Of a DNA stretch of 64,000 bases, positions 12,503 through 24,118 are shown piece after piece; position 1 is the stretch's first letter, and each line of letters starts with the position of its first letter. The position numbers and the translations under genes were made by a program. Source of the stretch: Centroscyllium fabricii. Taxonomy: Eukaryota. The notes beneath the pieces are model-generated. The model did not search any database and had not been told where the DNA came from. It saw only the letters and a list, made by a program, of their open reading frames with translations. The stretch is taken from positions 43,710,001 to 43,774,000 of the forward strand of contig JBNRSN020000022.1 of assembly GCA_051313645.2 (NCBI GenBank), given 5' to 3'.

Positions 12503-13247
12503 TGGATTTTCCGTGGCCTATGACTGCATATACACCATGAGTACCTCGTAAGTTCCGGGTTTACACATGGACTGTGCTTGCACGAAAACCCGAAACTTGC
12601 AATCGGTCAAGAATCTTCTTGGGATTTTGGAGATCAACAATTTGCAACGTGGTTACACATTTTACGTACATCTTTTTTTAAACTAAACTTGTGCTCTACA
12701 ACAGAATATTTTTTTAAATCTTCCTTCCCCCAAAAATCTGAATGCTGGTTTATACTAAGCTTACTGTAGGATAAGGTTAATTAATTAGGTTCAACTTTAT
12801 AGATATGTCTAGACACAAACATAAAACTAAAAAAAACAAATTATTCAGTTGCAAAAAACATCAATCAGGCACACTCCAGTGATTACCCACAGTATGATAG
12901 ATATTTTGTAAAAAAACAACCTTAAAATCAGTATTTTGTTTTGCTATTTTTGTACTGCCCAAAACCCCCTGAGCAGATAATAAGATCATAGTTCAAAAGA
13001 TAAAAAAAATTGTTCTAAAAATACCCAACAGATGTCGCCTGCTAATAGTATTTACATCAGAAACCAAAATGAAATTAGCATATAAATTATAATGAGGCAC
13101 AAAACAAAAAGAACTGAAGTTGATCTCTCGTTCTCTCTCATAAGGCATAATTTTCTCCCTTCACCCAGAACAGTCTATCAATACTATCTACAGCTAAAAG
13201 AGCAGGCAGCAACCTGCTCTGCGCCTCTGCTAATAATTCTATAGATA

Positions 13248-13356
13248 GACATAGAAACATAGAAGATAGGAGCAGGAGTAGGCCATTCGGCCCTTTGAGC
13301 CTGCTCCGCCATTCAATGAGATCATGGCTGATCATCCAAACCCAGTATCCTGCCCC
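13248..13356 (-). mobile_element. HE1 SINE/CR1 tail-only insertion
   Basis: CATAGAAACATAGAAGATAGGAGCAGGAGTAGGCCATTCGG...GATCATCCAAACCCAG. Confidence 0.8.
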
Positions 13357-13903
13357 TATATTACCATTACTAAAGGTGTGCAAGAACAGCTGGAGTAACC
13401 TCCCCATGTCAAACATTACTGTTTTTTTTAAATTTAGTGTCTTTCCACAAGAAAGACTGACATCTCGGTGCAGGAGGGAAACATTTTTATAAACCCATGT
13501 TTAGTATAGGGTACTACCATGCTACAACACTAGAAGTATTGCATTTTTTTTTAGAAATATAGCACCTCCACTTTACTCTCATTCACTTCAGCTGTGCAAC
13601 ACAATACAGGGCATATTCACTTGAGCAGGATCGGTAATGCTACGGTCATGTGCACTTATTCAGAAAAACTGCGGAAACACTTCAAATTAGACAAAGTGTA
13701 AGGATTTCAAAGCAGTAAATGTATATTTCCACATGCTAAATACGGTTTATATCACAGTAAAAAATTTACATTTGATAGAAGCAACCCTTTATCTCCACAT
13801 CATAGTAAAACTATCTTCAGCTGCCTTATCAATGACCTTCCCTCCATCACAAGGTCAAAAGTGAGGATGTTCGCTGATGTTCCATTCACAATTCGCAGAT
13901 ATT

Positions 13904-14675
13904 GGCCCAGAAATTGCAGTGGAACCTTCGTGCGGGTGCAGTACCTGCTAGTTGCACTTGCACTGCCCATCATCCGGTTTGCTTTTTTGCACTCAGAAAT
14001 TGCAGTTAGCCCAGCTTGTCAGAACTCCGTGCGAGCTTCATGGGCAACTGAAGGGCGTAATTAGTGCGAGATGGCTTTTGAGACCACGTGATTGGCAGGG
14101 AGCCAATCAGTGGAACCAATCCTCTGTTCAAAACTTCCACTGAGAAATCTGTGCAAGTTTTAAATGGAGAGATTACCCAAAAGACATCTAAACACAAAAA
14201 TAAAATTTTAAAAACACCTCATTTTTTTAACATTACCCCAACTAACACAAATAACCTATTTTAAAGAGAAAAAAATTTTTTACAGAAAAGATTTTTCAAC
14301 TTCTAACCGGTCTATAAAAACTTAGCTGTCTTTAAAGTTATCAACAATGAAAAACCTGAAAAAACAATTAAAATCAATAAAATACACACTTACCAGATAA
14401 AAACGGCTACTTACGACTCCTTTTTTCCAGCGTAGAATCTCCTGGTCCGTAGAAAAAGTTTTTTTTATTTTTTTTTTTAAATATAAATCTGAATGACTGG
14501 ACGCAACCCTAGTTCGATGGTTCCTGTGCTAGCCCTCGCAGGAACTCCAACCCCCCCCGCTGGCCGGCACAGGAATGACTGAAGCAGCGCAAACAGCTGC
14601 TTCCTGCGGGTTTAAGCTCTGGTGCGCTCGCACCAGAGCTTAAACCCGATATGGGCAAACTGGAATTTCTGGCCC
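13904..14675. mobile_element. Non-autonomous DNA transposon (Harbinger-like), family copy 1
   Basis: TIR GGCCCAGAAATT / AATTTCTGGCCC; homologous, in reverse orientation, to 35416-36149 and 39933-40705. Confidence 0.75.
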
Positions 14676-15607
14676 AGAAAAAGACCATCGGGTCCATCAA
14701 GCCCATCCGATCCAGACATGGTGCAACCTCGTATACCATCAACGCCCCCATATTAGCACTGAAATAGGCAAAAGTCAAAGCTGCATAAAATACCGCTATT
14801 CTCAGCCAGAATGGAGATGATTGGCAGGGGAATTAACCAATCATGCCTGGAGACTGCACTGCTGTAAGTGACAGATTGATTTTATGCACATAATTTGTAT
14901 GCAACTATCCTCCATGCAATGCATTTTGCTGGATAAATAATCAATTTGTATTATGTAACTAACCTCAACTCACTGCATTTTGTTGGAGAAATTACCTTGA
15001 TTTTATCAGGAGACTTTGCTGCAGTTTCAGTCATGAGTTCTGTTTGCTGTAGTTCGTGGAGACCCTTTTTAAATAGACCGTTTGCTGTAGTGCACTGTTT
15101 AAATAGACTCTGTTTGCCGAGTAAATACTTAGCTGTAAAATAGACTGTTGCTGCGAGTCTGGCTGTAAGTCCCGCCTTGCCTCCATCTCATTCTATTGTC
15201 ACCACTGTGTCAGCCACACACTGCAGAGAAAGAGAAAAAAACTGCCACTCGGAAAAACTCTGGGGAAACTTCTCTATGACCACTAAAGACAAATTAAACA
15301 AGCTTCCGGAGACGTAACTCTCAACTACTCCATTAAAAGATCTTTTATAACTTATACTCTTCTGTCAGGAACTTTTCAAGGACTGCAGAGAACCTGTATG
15401 CTTCTCTTATCTGTCGCAGAGGACAATGCCTCTGTGAAAAGAAATACTTAATAATGACTAACACTTCCTAATGACTAACCTAACTCTGCTTACAAACTTT
15501 GTTACGTTATGTAATGTTATATATATCTAGGATGAGAAAAGACCATCAGGCCCATATCTATTTATTTTTGTTGGAATCATCCTTATTTATCTACTCTTCT
15601 CCAACTA

Positions 15608-15928
15608 CTATCTGTGTGGCGTTTGCACATTCTCCCCGTGTCTGCGTGGGTTTCCTCCGGGTGCTCCGGTTTCCTCCCACAGTCCAAAGATGTGCAGGTT
15701 AGGTTGATTGGCCATGATAAATTGACCCTTAGTCTTAGGGGGATTGAATGTGTGGGGTTACGGGGATAGGGTGGGATATGTGTTGATGCAGGCTCGATAG
15801 GCATCGAGGGATATGGGGAGAGGCCAGGGGCGGGATACTGGGTTTGGATGATCAGCCATGATCTCGTTGAATGGCGGAGCAGGCTCGAAGGGCCAAATGG
15901 CCTACTCCTGCTCCTATCTTCTATGTTT
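15608..15928 (+). mobile_element. 5'-truncated HE1-like SINE
   Basis: V-domain and tail as in the 10592 copy. Confidence 0.85.
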
Positions 15929-17152
15929 CCTCATGAATTCTCTTGTCAAACATTTCTCTCTGACCCCTCCATCACTCAAGCCCCTGGAGGACCCAAACCA
16001 GTTAGTTATTTCCTAGAATAATCAGTTTTATCCTCCTTCTGCCATGATCACATCATTTTCAAATATATGTCTAACACTTTCTTGAAGAATTATAAAGATT
16101 CAGTCCTCACTACCAGCTCCAAAATCGTATTTCACAGGTCAATCAGCTTAAGTAAAACATCTGAACATCCAATCTCACTCCCTGCTTTCTGTTTAAATGG
16201 ATGACCCCTCATTCTACCCAGACCCACACCTCAAAACAATCTATCTATTTACATGTTATCAATGCCCTTAATAAATTTAAACTCACCCTTTGATTACATC
16301 AATTAGCCAATTTGTGATCCAGCTTGCCATCCCGCCCTTCACATCATTGGATCTAAATTTAGCACAGAGTCCCTGATGATGTACCTTATCCAAGACCTTT
16401 TGGAAATCCAAATAGATGTCTACTGGATTCCCCATATCCACCGTTCTAGTGACTTCTTCAAAACAAGCTGGATGATGTTTATCAAACATGACCTCTATTT
16501 TTGGAAGTTGTATTGGATATTCCCTCACCCTACAGGTCCTGAATGATCACAAAAGCATCCCTAACAACACTTCCCATTGACTTCCCCAGCATTGATATTA
16601 AATTCATTGACCTATTGTTTTATACACATGCCTCAGAATTCTCAGATCCCTATCCATCTCAAATAACCTATCCCAACTCGACAGAATCTAGCCCCTTCAT
16701 AATTTTAAAAACCTCAATCATATCTCCTCTAAACCATGTTTCTCCAATGAAAATAGCTAACTCACCAAACCTACCCTCATAACTAAGAATGGGTATAATT
16801 TTGGTTACCGACCTCTCTACTTTCTCCAAGGCCTCTATCACCTACCATGTATGGGAATTAAATCTAGACACAATATGCAAAGCCTCATACAGACTAAGTA
16901 CAGTACTCTTAATTTTATATTGTACTGTCCCAGTAATATGATTCAAAACCCTATACAGGTTGAAGTTCGTTAATCCGGCACCCAAAAAACCGGCAGCTTC
17001 AGTTGTTCAGCACAGATTTCCCCGACTGCCCGGCGCATGCGCAGACAATTCAAAATGGCCACCGTCGGGGTTGGGCTGGGCTTCCCTTTCACCGAACAGA
17101 TAAGAACATAAGAAATAGGAGCAGGAGTAGGCCAATCGGCCCCTCGAGCCTA

Positions 17153-17547
17153 CTAGAAACATAGAAGATAGGAGGAGTAGGCCATTCGGCCCTTCGAGCC
17201 TGCTCCGCCATTCAATGAGATCATGGCTGATCATCCAAACCCAGCACCCCGCCCCTTCCCTCTCCCCATATCCCTCGATCCCTATCGAGACTGCACTGAC
17301 ACATATCCCACCCTATCCCCAGAACATATTTAACCCCCCTAACACTAAGGGTCAATTTTATCCTGGCCAATCAACCTAACCCGCACATCTTTGGACTGTG
17401 GAAGGAAACCGGAGCACACGGAGGAAACCCACGCAGACACGGGGAGAATGTGCAAACTCCACACAGATAGTACCCGAGGCCGGATTTGAACCCGGGTCTC
17501 CAGTGCTGTGAGGCAACAGTGCTAACCACTGTGCCACCGTGCCGCCC
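17153..17547 (-). mobile_element. Full-length HE1-like SINE
   Basis: Head with A and B boxes, V-domain, CR1-type tail. Confidence 0.9.
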
Positions 17548-17987
17548 AAAGAAAGAATTACTTATGTCTTAAAAAATTTAATTAAGCTTCTAAAATGCCA
17601 CCAATTGAAAGTTAAATTATTTCAATAGGCAAGTATTAACTTTCCAATCTGGTAAAACAGTAGTAGAGCACCATCATCTCTTGGTTAATTGACATACTGC
17701 TAATGAAAGTTGTTTCTCCACATTTTAAGCATTAAGTAAAGCACAGCAAGATAGTTCGCAGCTACAATCAGCAATTCACACAGCCGTTACACTCATTGGT
17801 CCAACTGTGATCTGTGGCTTACTTCAACAAGATCATGGCTGATCTGATCCTAACCTCCATTTTATTTTTACTCTCCATCCCGCCCAAACCCATGTGATCA
17901 CCCGGGAGAGGCGAAAAACCAGATTAAAAAACCCAGTGGCCAATTTGGGAGAAAACAATCTGGGAAATTCCTCTCCGACCCATCTAA

Positions 17988-18662
17988 TGCCCCAGTTTCA
18001 CTGGAGGCTAAGAATGTCAAGAATATCAAGAATCGTCAAGAATCGAAATTCTTGGCGATTCTGCAAAAAATGCGAAAATTCTTGGTTGATTCTTGGCGAT
18101 TCTTGGTGAATTCTTGGCGATTCTGGACAAGGTTACGAATCTATCACGAATTATTGTAGGAATGAGGTACGAATCACTCACGAATATGAAGAATTAATTA
18201 ACGAATCCACTACGACCTCCACGATTTAGTTACGAATTCTACGAATTAGCTACGAATTATCTACGAATTGCATTCGTAGTGCATTCGTGGACATTCGTGA
18301 TGAATTCGGCGTTTTTCCACGAATTTGAAAAAATCAAGAATGCCCAAGAATAGGCAAGAATGCACTAGGAATCCACTACGAATCAGTTACGAATGGTAAG
18401 AAAGGGTTAAGAATGGTAAGAAAGGGTCAAGAATTGTTTAGGAATCTATCACGAATTGGGCATTCGTGAACCCTCCCACGAAATTTTTTGACAAACAAAA
18501 ACTTTGAAACCTCAAGGAAATCCCGCGAACTTCCGCGAACTCTACGAATCCGCTACGAATCCGCTACGAATCCACTACGAATCGCAAGAATTACACACGA
18601 ATCGGCCAAATTTCACAATCGGCACGATTCGGCAATTCGTAGCCTCCAGTGAAACTGGGGCA
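17988..18662. mobile_element. PIF/Harbinger-type MITE (675 bp) with TAA TSD and repeat-built interior
   Basis: Perfect 23-bp TIR TGCCCCAGTTTCACTGGAGGCTA / TAGCCTCCAGTGAAACTGGGGCA; TAA at 17985-17987 and 18663-18665. Confidence 0.85.
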
Positions 18663-20575
18663 TAAGTGATCGAAAACTGGTCCAGAAGATCACATGGCCG
18701 ATCTGAACCTAGCCTCACGTCCACTTACCTGCCCACTCACCATAAATCCTAATTCGCTTTACTTCCAGGAAACTGTCTATCTCTGTTTTAAATTTATTCA
18801 ATGTAGTAGATACTCACTGGATCCCGGCTTAGTGACCACCCCGATGCCGATGGTGAATCCCAGGCCCAGATGAGGAGCTGTTGTGCCAGCCACCTTTCGC
18901 AGGACACGATACAGGCAATTCTCGGTGCCCATTGCTGGCGGAGGCTCCTGCCTGGCCGCGTGCCGACGTCACCGCGTTCCGAAGCTAGCGTGCGGTGGCG
19001 TCACGTGAGCCGGACTTGAGCCGTGCATTGGGCCCCATGCCCACTGGAGACGTGCAGGCCGCTCCCTGATCCGCAGCAGAATCGATGGCTGCGTGCTGAC
19101 GTCACCGCATTCCGAAGCTAGCGTGCGGTGGCGTCACGTGAGCCGGGCTTGAGCCGCGCATTGGGCCTCAGGCCTGCTGGAGCCGTGCAGCCCGCTCTCT
19201 GATCCGCAGCAGAATCGAGTGCGAGTTCCACCCGACCCGTGGGCCGAAATTCAACTTCCAGGTACTGACGAGCGCATGCCCAGAGCATCGAATATTTTGC
19301 GGCGGCCATTTTGAATGCTCTGCGCATGTGCCGCTGTGGCTTCAATAATTCGGCGTTTTCAACAATCCGGCAGGGTGCTGGTCCCGACCCTGCCAGATTA
19401 ACGAACTTCAAACTGTATACCTTCCCAATGGCCTCACGACACTGCTTATGGACAGTCAATGATTTATCAACTATGACCCCAGGCTCCTCTTCTGCTCTAA
19501 CTTTTAGCTGATACCTTTATATTGTATATACTGTTTGGAGTTTCCTAGACTCAAAATGCCTAACGCTGCACTTAGACATTGAAGGGCATTTGCCATAAAA
19601 GGGACCATTACCCTAATTTACCTAAATCAAACTGTAACCTATTTGCATATTTTTGCACCATATGCAAACTTGTAAATGGTTCCATTAATCCGCTCATTAA
19701 AATTATTTTTCATAAATAGCAATGGTGCCAAAATGAAGCCTTGTAAGACTTCACATAACTTTCTCCATGGAGATCTACTCCTATCAATGACAACCTTCTG
19801 CTTACCATATTGTGAACAATTTCCAATCCAATATAATATCTGACCACCAATCCCACACGATATCTTACCCAAGATTTGATAAAGACACGGCACTTTATCA
19901 ATGGCTTTCTGGAAATCAAGGTACTAGACATCTACCGGACAGCCATCTCCCACTAATTTGGGCACTTCTTTAAAGAACTCAATCGGGTTGGTAAAGCGGG
20001 GCCTCCATTTCCTAAGCTGGGATTCTTGAATAACTACTGACCGTTCCAGGTGACAAGTCACATGCCTTAAAATGCCTTCCAGCACCTTCCCTACAACCAA
20101 TGTCAAATTAACAGGCCTTTAATTCTCCAGGTCCAATTTCTTCCTTTTCTTAAATTGTGGACTCACATGAACTTCCCTCCAATCTACTGGAACGAGTGCA
20201 GACCTCAAACAGCTATTAAACATAAGCCTATGGCTTGCATAATATAATTCGGGGGAAATGGCATAACGTCCAAAAACCCAATCATATTAGATTCCTTTAA
20301 TCCCAGCTAAGATCACTACCACATTTATTTCCATAAAATCAATTTTTGGGGCACCCTTATCCCAGCACCACTAGCAACTTATCTTTAAATGTGAAAACAG
20401 ACAGCAATTCAGCAATATTCTGGTCCTCAAAGCTAAGCTGGCTTATTTAAACATCTCAACAGGCCCACTTCAGTCCTCAGTCAATTTCTGGCTTTTGAGA
20501 TAACTGGGGGGAAAAGGCATTGCTACCACCCATGTCCACAAACATTTTTTTCTAGCCTTTATGCCATTTCTAATA

Positions 20576-21077
20576 CAGGTTGAGCACCGTTAATCCGGCA
20601 GGTGCGGGACCAAGCCCGTGCTGGGAAAGTAAAAATCCCGCATGATAGAAGCTTCGGCGAGTGCATGTGCAGGCCATTCAAAATGGCCACCGCGAAAGGA
20701 CGACAGCCATTTTGAGTGGTCTGCGCATGCGCTTATCATTCGGGGAGGCCCGGCATTGCTCGGGGAGGCCCGGTCCGGCCCGCGATCGGCTCGGGGAGGC
20801 CCGGCCCGCCCTGGGATCGGCTCGGGGAGACCCGGCCCGGCATCGGCGAGGCCCGGCCCGCGATCAGCTCGGGGAGGCCCAGCCCGCGATCAGCTCGGGG
20901 AGACCAGTGTGAATGATCTGTGCATGCGTTCGCTATTCGGCGGCGCATGCGCAGATCATTCACCGAAGCATCAATCGTAGCGACCATTTTGCGCATGCGC
21001 AGGGCAATCGGGGGAATTGTTGCCGGATGTTCCAAGTTGCCGGTTTTTCGGGTAACGGATTAACGGTCTTCAATCCG
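20576..21077. mobile_element. Tigger-like MITE with internal GC-rich minisatellite (~20740-20905)
   Basis: TA-CAGGTTGAGCACCGTTAATCCG ... CGGATTAACGGTCTTCAATCCG-TA; repeats of GATCGGCTCGGGGAGGCCCGGCCCGC. Confidence 0.8.
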
Positions 21078-21224
21078 TAGTGATTTTAGGCATCCTCAAG
21101 TTTCTCTTGCACTCGGCCCAACTCTCGATAGTAATTCGGTATGTACGTGGTGAAATATTTCTTCATTTAACTACAAACATCCCTGTTAAGACATTCAGGT
21201 TTCACTTTACCATGTAAATTCCTT

Positions 21225-22220
21225 TTCAAGTTCAATTTTATTGTCACATGTACTAAATACAATCTAGACAATGAAATGCTTATTTGCGATCCGAACGCAC
21301 CGCGCAACAAAGACATTAAGCTGCCCGGCACGCACGAGCCCGCAAGACGTCAGCCATTCTCCGGCGCCATCATCATAGAATCCCTACAGTGCAGATAGAG
21401 GCCATTTCGGCCCATCGAGCCTGCACCGACACATATCCCACCCTATCCCCGTAACCCCACATATTTAATCCCCCTAACACTAAGGGTCAATTTATCACGG
21501 CCAATCAACCGAACCCACACATCTTTGGACTGTGGGAGGAAACCGGAGCACCCGGAGGAAACCCACGCAGACACGGGGAGAATGTGCAAACTCCACACAG
21601 ATAGTCACCCGAGGCCGGATTTGAACCCGGAACCCTAGCGCTGTGAGGCAACAGTGCTAACCACTATGCAACAGTGCTAACCACTATGCAACCGTGCTAA
21701 CCACTATGCCATCGTGGGTCCCGATCCTGCTCTGGCCTCTCAGTTCGATGTTAATTGTCCTCTACCGCTCCATTAACTTGCTCTGCCGCTGTTGCTTCCG
21801 TCATCTCTCCTGACTTGACTCCTTTCACCCCGACACCTTGCCAGCACCCCCGAATCCACGGAGCTCCGAACCACCGTCCCAAGGCCTGGGGCCAAGCTCT
21901 CCTCCAGGCGCCATCCCAGCTCCCCCGAGCAACGACTTCGAGCCCGAGGCCTAGCCCAGCCCTCTGCAGGCGCCATCCCGGCTCCCCCGAGCTCTGGGCC
22001 TGGGGCCTGGCCTAGCCCAGCCCCCTCCCAGCCTGGGGCCTAGCTCTCGGCCCGGCGCCATCACCGGATCTCCCCTAGTCCTCAGAGCTCCTCACTCGCT
22101 GAGCGGCGCCCCGCATCTCGCCTCCCGACCGGGCTCACTCCCGGCACTCCCGATGGCGACCGATCCGCGCAAATTAACTTTGCATCGAGGAGCAGCCGCC
22201 CGAATGCCCTCCCCCCCATG
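21225..22220 (-). mobile_element. Second copy of the GC-rich non-autonomous retroposon, split by a SINE
   Basis: TTCAATTTTATTGTCACATGTACTAAATACAA...CGAACGCACCGCGCAACAAAG shared with 6055-6651; similar 5' end ATTAACTTTGCATCG. Confidence 0.6.
21372..21713 (-). mobile_element. HE1-like SINE with an alternative 3' tail and triplicated A box
   Basis: Tail ...CTGCACTGTAGGGATTCTATGATG; 20-bp unit GCAAC(A/C)GTGCTAACCACTAT x3 at 21648-21707. Confidence 0.85.
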
Positions 22221-22360
22221 ATTTCTCTGCTCATATAGATTTGAATATTCTCAATTTTATCCCCCTGTACTTTAGTTACTTCCACCTAGCAGCATACCTC
22301 AACTTACCTTCCCCAAATCTTCCCTTACATTTGAAAATTGAGTCTACCTGAAATCTGGTA

Positions 22361-24118
22361 CAGGTTGTGCACCGTTAATCCGTTACCCGATAAGCCGGCA
22401 GATTCAGTCTTCCGGAACAAATTGCCCCCACTGTCCTGCGCATGCGCAAAATGGCAGCCGTGATAGATGCTTCGGCGAATGATCTGCGCATGCGCTAGCC
22501 GTTCGGCGGCGCATGCGCAGATCATTCAAAACTTCCGGCGGCCCAAGGTCTTTGATGGTAGGGATAAGTGTCGTGACTCGTCTGAGGGCGACGCCCACCG
22601 CCAGAAGCACGAGGCAGGATAGCTACGTGACCGTAGCCCCAAAACCCTTGGGGCTTGCGTCCTCGATCCCGAGGCGCTCCTGGAAAGAGAGCACGAACAC
22701 GGAGAAGACTATATGACAAGGATGGAACGGCGCCGCGCAGCACGTTCACGGTCACCTGACCCGCGGGACGGGAGCAGCTACTGCCAGGAACAAGGTAAAG
22801 GTTGAAGTTCATTAATCCGGCAAGGTTGGGACCAGCACCCTGCCGGATTGTTGAAAACGGCGAATTATTGAAGTCACGGCGGCGCATGCGCAGAACATTC
22901 AAAATGGCAGACGCGAAATTTTCAATGCTCTGCGCATGCGCTCGCCGGTACCTCGCAGTTGATTTTCGGCCCAAGGGTCCGGTGGAACTCGCACTCGATT
23001 CTGTTGCGGGTCAGTGAACAGGCTGCACGGCTCCAGCGGGCCGGAGGACCAATGTGCGGCTCAAGCCCGGCTCACGTGACGCCACTGCAGGCCAGCTTCG
23101 GAACGCGGTGTCGTCATCACGCTGCTATCAATTCTGCTGCGGGTCAGGGAGCGGGCTGCACGGCTCCAGCGGGCCTGAGGCCCAATGTGCGGCTCAAGCC
23201 CGGCTCACGTGACGCCACTGCACGCCAGCTTCGGAACGCGGTGTCGTCAGCACGCAGCCATCGATTCTGCTCCGGAGGAGCTGCGTGCACGGCTTCAGCG
23301 GGCCGGAGGCCCAATGCACGGCTCAAGCCCTGCTCACGTGACGCCACCGCACGCCAGCTTCGGAACGCGGTGGCGTCAGCACGCAGCCAGGCAGGATCCT
23401 CTGGCAGCAATGGGCACTGAGCATTGCCTGTATCGTGTCCTGCGAAAGGCGGCTGGCACAACAGCTCATCTTCTGTGCCTGAGATTCACCATCGGCATCG
23501 GGGTGGTCAGTAAGCTGGGATCCAGTGAGTATATGTTAGGTGAAAGGGAAGCCCAGCCCCGACGGTGGCCATTTTGAATTGTCTGCGCATGCGCCGGGCA
23601 GTCGGGAAAATCTGTGCCGAATGACTGAAGCAGCCGGTTTTTCAGGTGCCGGATTAATGAACTTCAACCTGTAGCGACTTTCATTTTCGTTTAAATATCC
23701 GTTCAGAATCTGCGAAATTCCCCTCTGTTGTCTCCAGCCTTGTGCTCTAGAATGAACGGAGAGGACAACTTTGATGAAGGAAGGTGACTTCCTAGAAGTG
23801 CAGCAAGTGGTTGGACACCCTGTATGACAGCACGTGTGTTGAGGTTAAACTGCTTTTGGTGAAACAATGGCTAATGCTGTATTGGGGTTGGTCTCCGGGA
23901 CCTATAGGCACAGATTGGTGTGGGGAGAAAGGCTCTCTTCTGGCTGCAAATCCGGTCAGTTGGCAGATCATTCAAAACGGCCGCCGGAAGTTGTGCACAT
24001 GCGCGCGGCCAGTTTGAATGGTGCGCGCATGCGCACTGGCCAGCTTCAATCTTCCGTTTTTTTTGGTATACCGGCGCAGGCGTCGTCCTGCCGTGCCGGT
24101 ATAACGGTGCGCAACCTG
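22361..24118. mobile_element. Tigger-like MITE (outer) with unique interior, containing a nested related MITE
   Basis: TA-CAGGTTGTGCACCGTTAATCC ... ATAACGGTGCGCAACCTG-CA. Confidence 0.75.
22798..23671. mobile_element. Nested Tigger-like MITE with three ~130-bp tandem units
   Basis: TA-AAGGTTGAAGTTCATTAATCCGGCA ... TGCCGGATTAATGAACTTCAACCTG-TA. Confidence 0.85.

Larger units (their letters stand above)
16956..19415. mobile_element. Tigger-like MITE split by a composite insertion (17103-18807)
   Basis: TA-CAGGTTGAAGTTCGTTAATCCGG ... GATTAACGAACTTCAAACTG-TA; the two halves joined match the reverse complement of 22798-23671; AGATA repeated at both junctions. Confidence 0.8.
15960..20570 (-). 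mobile_element. Old, highly diverged CR1 remnants hosting nested insertions
   Basis: VDIYLDFQKVLDKVHH (16283..16528) and VVGKVLEGIL...NPIEFFKEV (19924..20106); boundaries approximate, probably more than one copy. Confidence 0.6.

Noticed and set aside
17988-18662. CRISPR-like or satellite array
   Set aside because: Units are ~6-12 bp without unique spacers, no cas genes are present, and the block is bounded by a TIR and TAA TSD of a MITE.
22959-23577. Repetitive 105-153-aa ORFs in MITEs (also 1299-1830, 20642-21035, 41894-42567)
   Set aside because: Open frames arise from GC-rich tandem repeats; no transposase DDE/HTH or other recognisable motif.
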